This document shows, one piece after another, positions 62,160 to 64,000 of a DNA stretch of 64,000 nucleotides; the first letter of the stretch is position 1, and every line of letters begins with the position of its first letter. The notes below the pieces were generated by a model. That model ran no database searches. It worked only from the letters and a program-made list of their open reading frames with translations, and was not told the DNA's origin. The translations under genes were made by a program, and so were the position numbers. Origin of the DNA: Candidatus Kapaibacterium sp. (GTDB lineage Bacteria; Bacteroidota; Ignavibacteria; Palsa-1295); contig JBBQGG010000008.1 in assembly GCA_038322815.1 (NCBI GenBank), positions 2,043 through 66,042 of the forward strand, in the 5' to 3' direction.

Positions 62160-62357
62160 ATGAAAGAATTATCTATTATGTCACAATCCACAAGTATATC
62201 AGATGTTCTCATCCCCCCGTCTACAACTCCTCAGCCAGTACCACCTGAACAGGCTCCGATCAAACCGCAGGAAGTACCCTATCCTCAGGAACCGGTACCA
62301 GGTGAGCCGATGAAACCATCGCCGATACCGCCGCCGCCAATTCCGCCTCAAGCGTAA
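62160..62357 (+). CDS. Small proline-rich protein
   Basis: 59-65 aa (start 62160 or 62178); P/Q/E-rich, with mixed synonymous Pro codons in one frame. Confidence 0.6.
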   Translation: MKELSIMSQSTSISDVLIPPSTTPQPVPPEQAPIKPQEVPYPQEPVPGEPMKPSPIPPPPIPPQA

Positions 62358-62366
62358 ATTCCGAAG

Positions 62367-62473
62367 AATGTAAAATTAAAAATGTAAAATGTAAAATTTG
62401 AGATGCTCTGAACTTAAATTTTACATTTTACATTTCATAGGTTCTCAATTCTCAATTCTACATTCACAATTCT
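62367..62473. repeat. Two heptamer arrays: palindromic (AATGTAA)n/(TTACATT)n, then (TTCTCAA)n
   Basis: Arms at 62367-62399 and 62416-62435; single arm at 62442-62473. Confidence 0.88.
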
Positions 62474-62478
62474 AAAAG

Positions 62479-63456
62479 ATGTCATTACTCATTGTCGGTT
62501 CACTTGCTGTTGATACGATCGAAACACCGTTTGATAAACGTGAAAGAGCTTTAGGCGGAAGCGCTACCTATATTTCACTTGCAGCAAGTTACTTTGCTCA
62601 TGGCTCAGATATCGGGCTTGTCGGAGTTGTTGGTGAAGATTTTCCGCAGCATGCCTGGAATCTCTTCAAGAAAAAAGGATTCGATACTTCCGGTGTTGAA
62701 GTGATCAAAGGCGGCAAGACTTTTTTCTGGTCTGGGAAATATCATTACGATATGAATACCCGCGATACGCTTGCAACCGATCTGAATGTCTTCGCTGATT
62801 TCAAACCGAAGGTGCCGGTAAAAGCTGCGTCTCCGGATTATCTTGTTCTGGGCAATATCGCACCAAGCCTTCAGTTTGATGTGATCAGGCAGATGAAGAA
62901 AAAACCGAAACTCATCATCTGCGATACCATGAACTTCTGGATCACAGGAGCGAAAGATGATCTGATAAAAACTCTTTCAAAAGTCAATGCTCTGGTTATC
63001 AATGACGGCGAAGCACGGCTACTGGTAGATCATCCAAGTCTAGTCGTCTGTGGTCATAAACTGCAGGAAATGCTTGCTCCGGATGATCACCGTATCGTCA
63101 TTATCAAAAAAGGAGAGCATGGAGCGCTCCTCTTTTACAACAAATTTATTTTCTCAGCTCCGGCATATCCTCTGGAAGAAATTTTCGATCCCACGGGCGC
63201 CGGCGATAGCTTCATGGGCGGTTTGATCGGCTATTTAACTCGTTGGGAAACAATTCAATATGCAACAGTAAAACGTGCTGTGGTCTATGGTACAGTACTC
63301 GCAAGTTTCTGCTGCTCGAAATTTTCTACTGAAGGCATCGAAGATCTTTCGATGGATCAAATCTACAAACGATTCAGAGAATTACAATCCATCTCCAGCT
63401 TCGAAGATGAACCCTATCGGACGAAGTCAATGGATAGCGCTGCAGGAACAATGTGA
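62479..63456 (+). CDS. PfkB family carbohydrate/nucleoside kinase
   Basis: VGSLA.D.IETP, LGGSATY, KKGEHGA, DPTGAGDSF.GG. Confidence 0.93.
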   Translation: MSLLIVGSLAVDTIETPFDKRERALGGSATYISLAASYFAHGSDIGLVGVVGEDFPQHAWNLFKKKGFDTSGVEVIKGGKTFFWSGKYHYDMNTRDTLATDLNVFADFKPKVPVKAASPDYLVLGNIAPSLQFDVIRQMKKKPKLIICDTMNFWITGAKDDLIKTLSKVNALVINDGEARLLVDHPSLVVCGHKLQEMLAPDDHRIVIIKKGEHGALLFYNKFIFSAPAYPLEEIFDPTGAGDSFMGGLIGYLTRWETIQYATVKRAVVYGTVLASFCCSKFSTEGIEDLSMDQIYKRFRELQSISSFEDEPYRTKSMDSAAGTM

Positions 63457-63511
63457 ATTGTGAATGAAGAATTGTGAATTGAGAACTACATTTTCTCAAT
63501 TCACAATTCAC
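63451..63511. repeat. Palindromic heptamer array (TTGWGAA)5 / (TTCWCAA)3
   Basis: ATGTGAA TTGTGAA TGAAGAA TTGTGAA TTGAGAA ... TTCTCAA TTCACAA TTCAC. Confidence 0.9.
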
Positions 63512-64000
63512 TTAGTCTTTCGGTACTCTGATCGCTATAGCTCTCTTATCTCCCTTATCATCAATAAGTGTAACGAAGATCGAGCGTCCTTTGGCGGCAT
63601 TCATGGCTTTCTCGAATTCATCGACATTTTTTACCGGCTTCAGGTCAACTGCCGTTACGACTTTCCCAATTAGTCCAATGCCTCTGTCATACGCTTCGGA
63701 GCCGGGTACGGTATTCGTAATATATACTCCACCCTTTGTATCGTACTTATCTTTTTCGCCTGCATTCAAATTGCGGATAGTGACACCGATATTATCTATC
63801 GTTGCTGTTTGTTTCATCGGCGCGGCTTCAATTTGGATAGGTTCTACCGATATATCATTCGCTGCTACGTCACTTCGCGGACGAAGCGTTACATTCTTAT
63901 CGATCTCCTTACCGTTACGCCAAACCTTCAGCGAAACGTTATCTCTGGCATGGTGCAATGCAATAAGCCCTTGCAATTGATTTGATTCATTTGTTTCCTG
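63512..64000 (-). CDS. C-terminal PDZ domains of a DegP/HtrA-type protease (5' end outside the window)
   Basis: LKVWRNGKE end of one PDZ, then IGVTIRNL...GVYIT..PGSEA...G second PDZ; frame stays open to the window edge. Confidence 0.8.
   Translation of the reverse strand, partial: QETNESNQLQGLIALHHARDNVSLKVWRNGKEIDKNVTLRPRSDVAANDISVEPIQIEAAPMKQTATIDNIGVTIRNLNAGEKDKYDTKGGVYITNTVPGSEAYDRGIGLIGKVVTAVDLKPVKNVDEFEKAMNAAKGRSIFVTLIDDKGDKRAIAIRVPKD

Overview
Core-genome window from an FCB-group bacterium, probably Bacteroidota/Kapabacteria/Ignavibacteria-like. This is inferred from TAnnTTTG promoters, a T9SS-type C-terminal domain and an 11-subunit nuo operon. Housekeeping content: pyrG (partial), chrA, an M16 peptidase pair, dacB, hppD, nuoABCDHIJKLMN without nuoEFG, rodA, hutI/hutH, mutS, sixA, hprK, hpf, xerC, topA, smg, ybeY, ispF, SRP RNA, RNase E/G, a UbiA plus two GT-C operon, methylmalonyl-CoA mutase, a PfkB kinase and a partial HtrA. 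No CRISPR, rRNA, tRNA, prophage or intact transposase was seen. Most notable observations: (1) an unassigned three-way-junction RNA with an alternative pairing, upstream of a proline-rich small ORF; (2) heptamer tandem-repeat arms that pair locally but also match distant arms bracketing whole genes (pfkB; nuoC-nuoJ); (3) a secreted subtilase and a small membrane ORF translationally coupled inside the complex I operon; (4) an ABC six-TM protein with a large loop rich in D-S-[VLI] sequons; (5) several decaying loci (amber-interrupted lipoprotein, clpX 3' fragment, hicBA). All family calls are by-eye motif recognition, not database searches.
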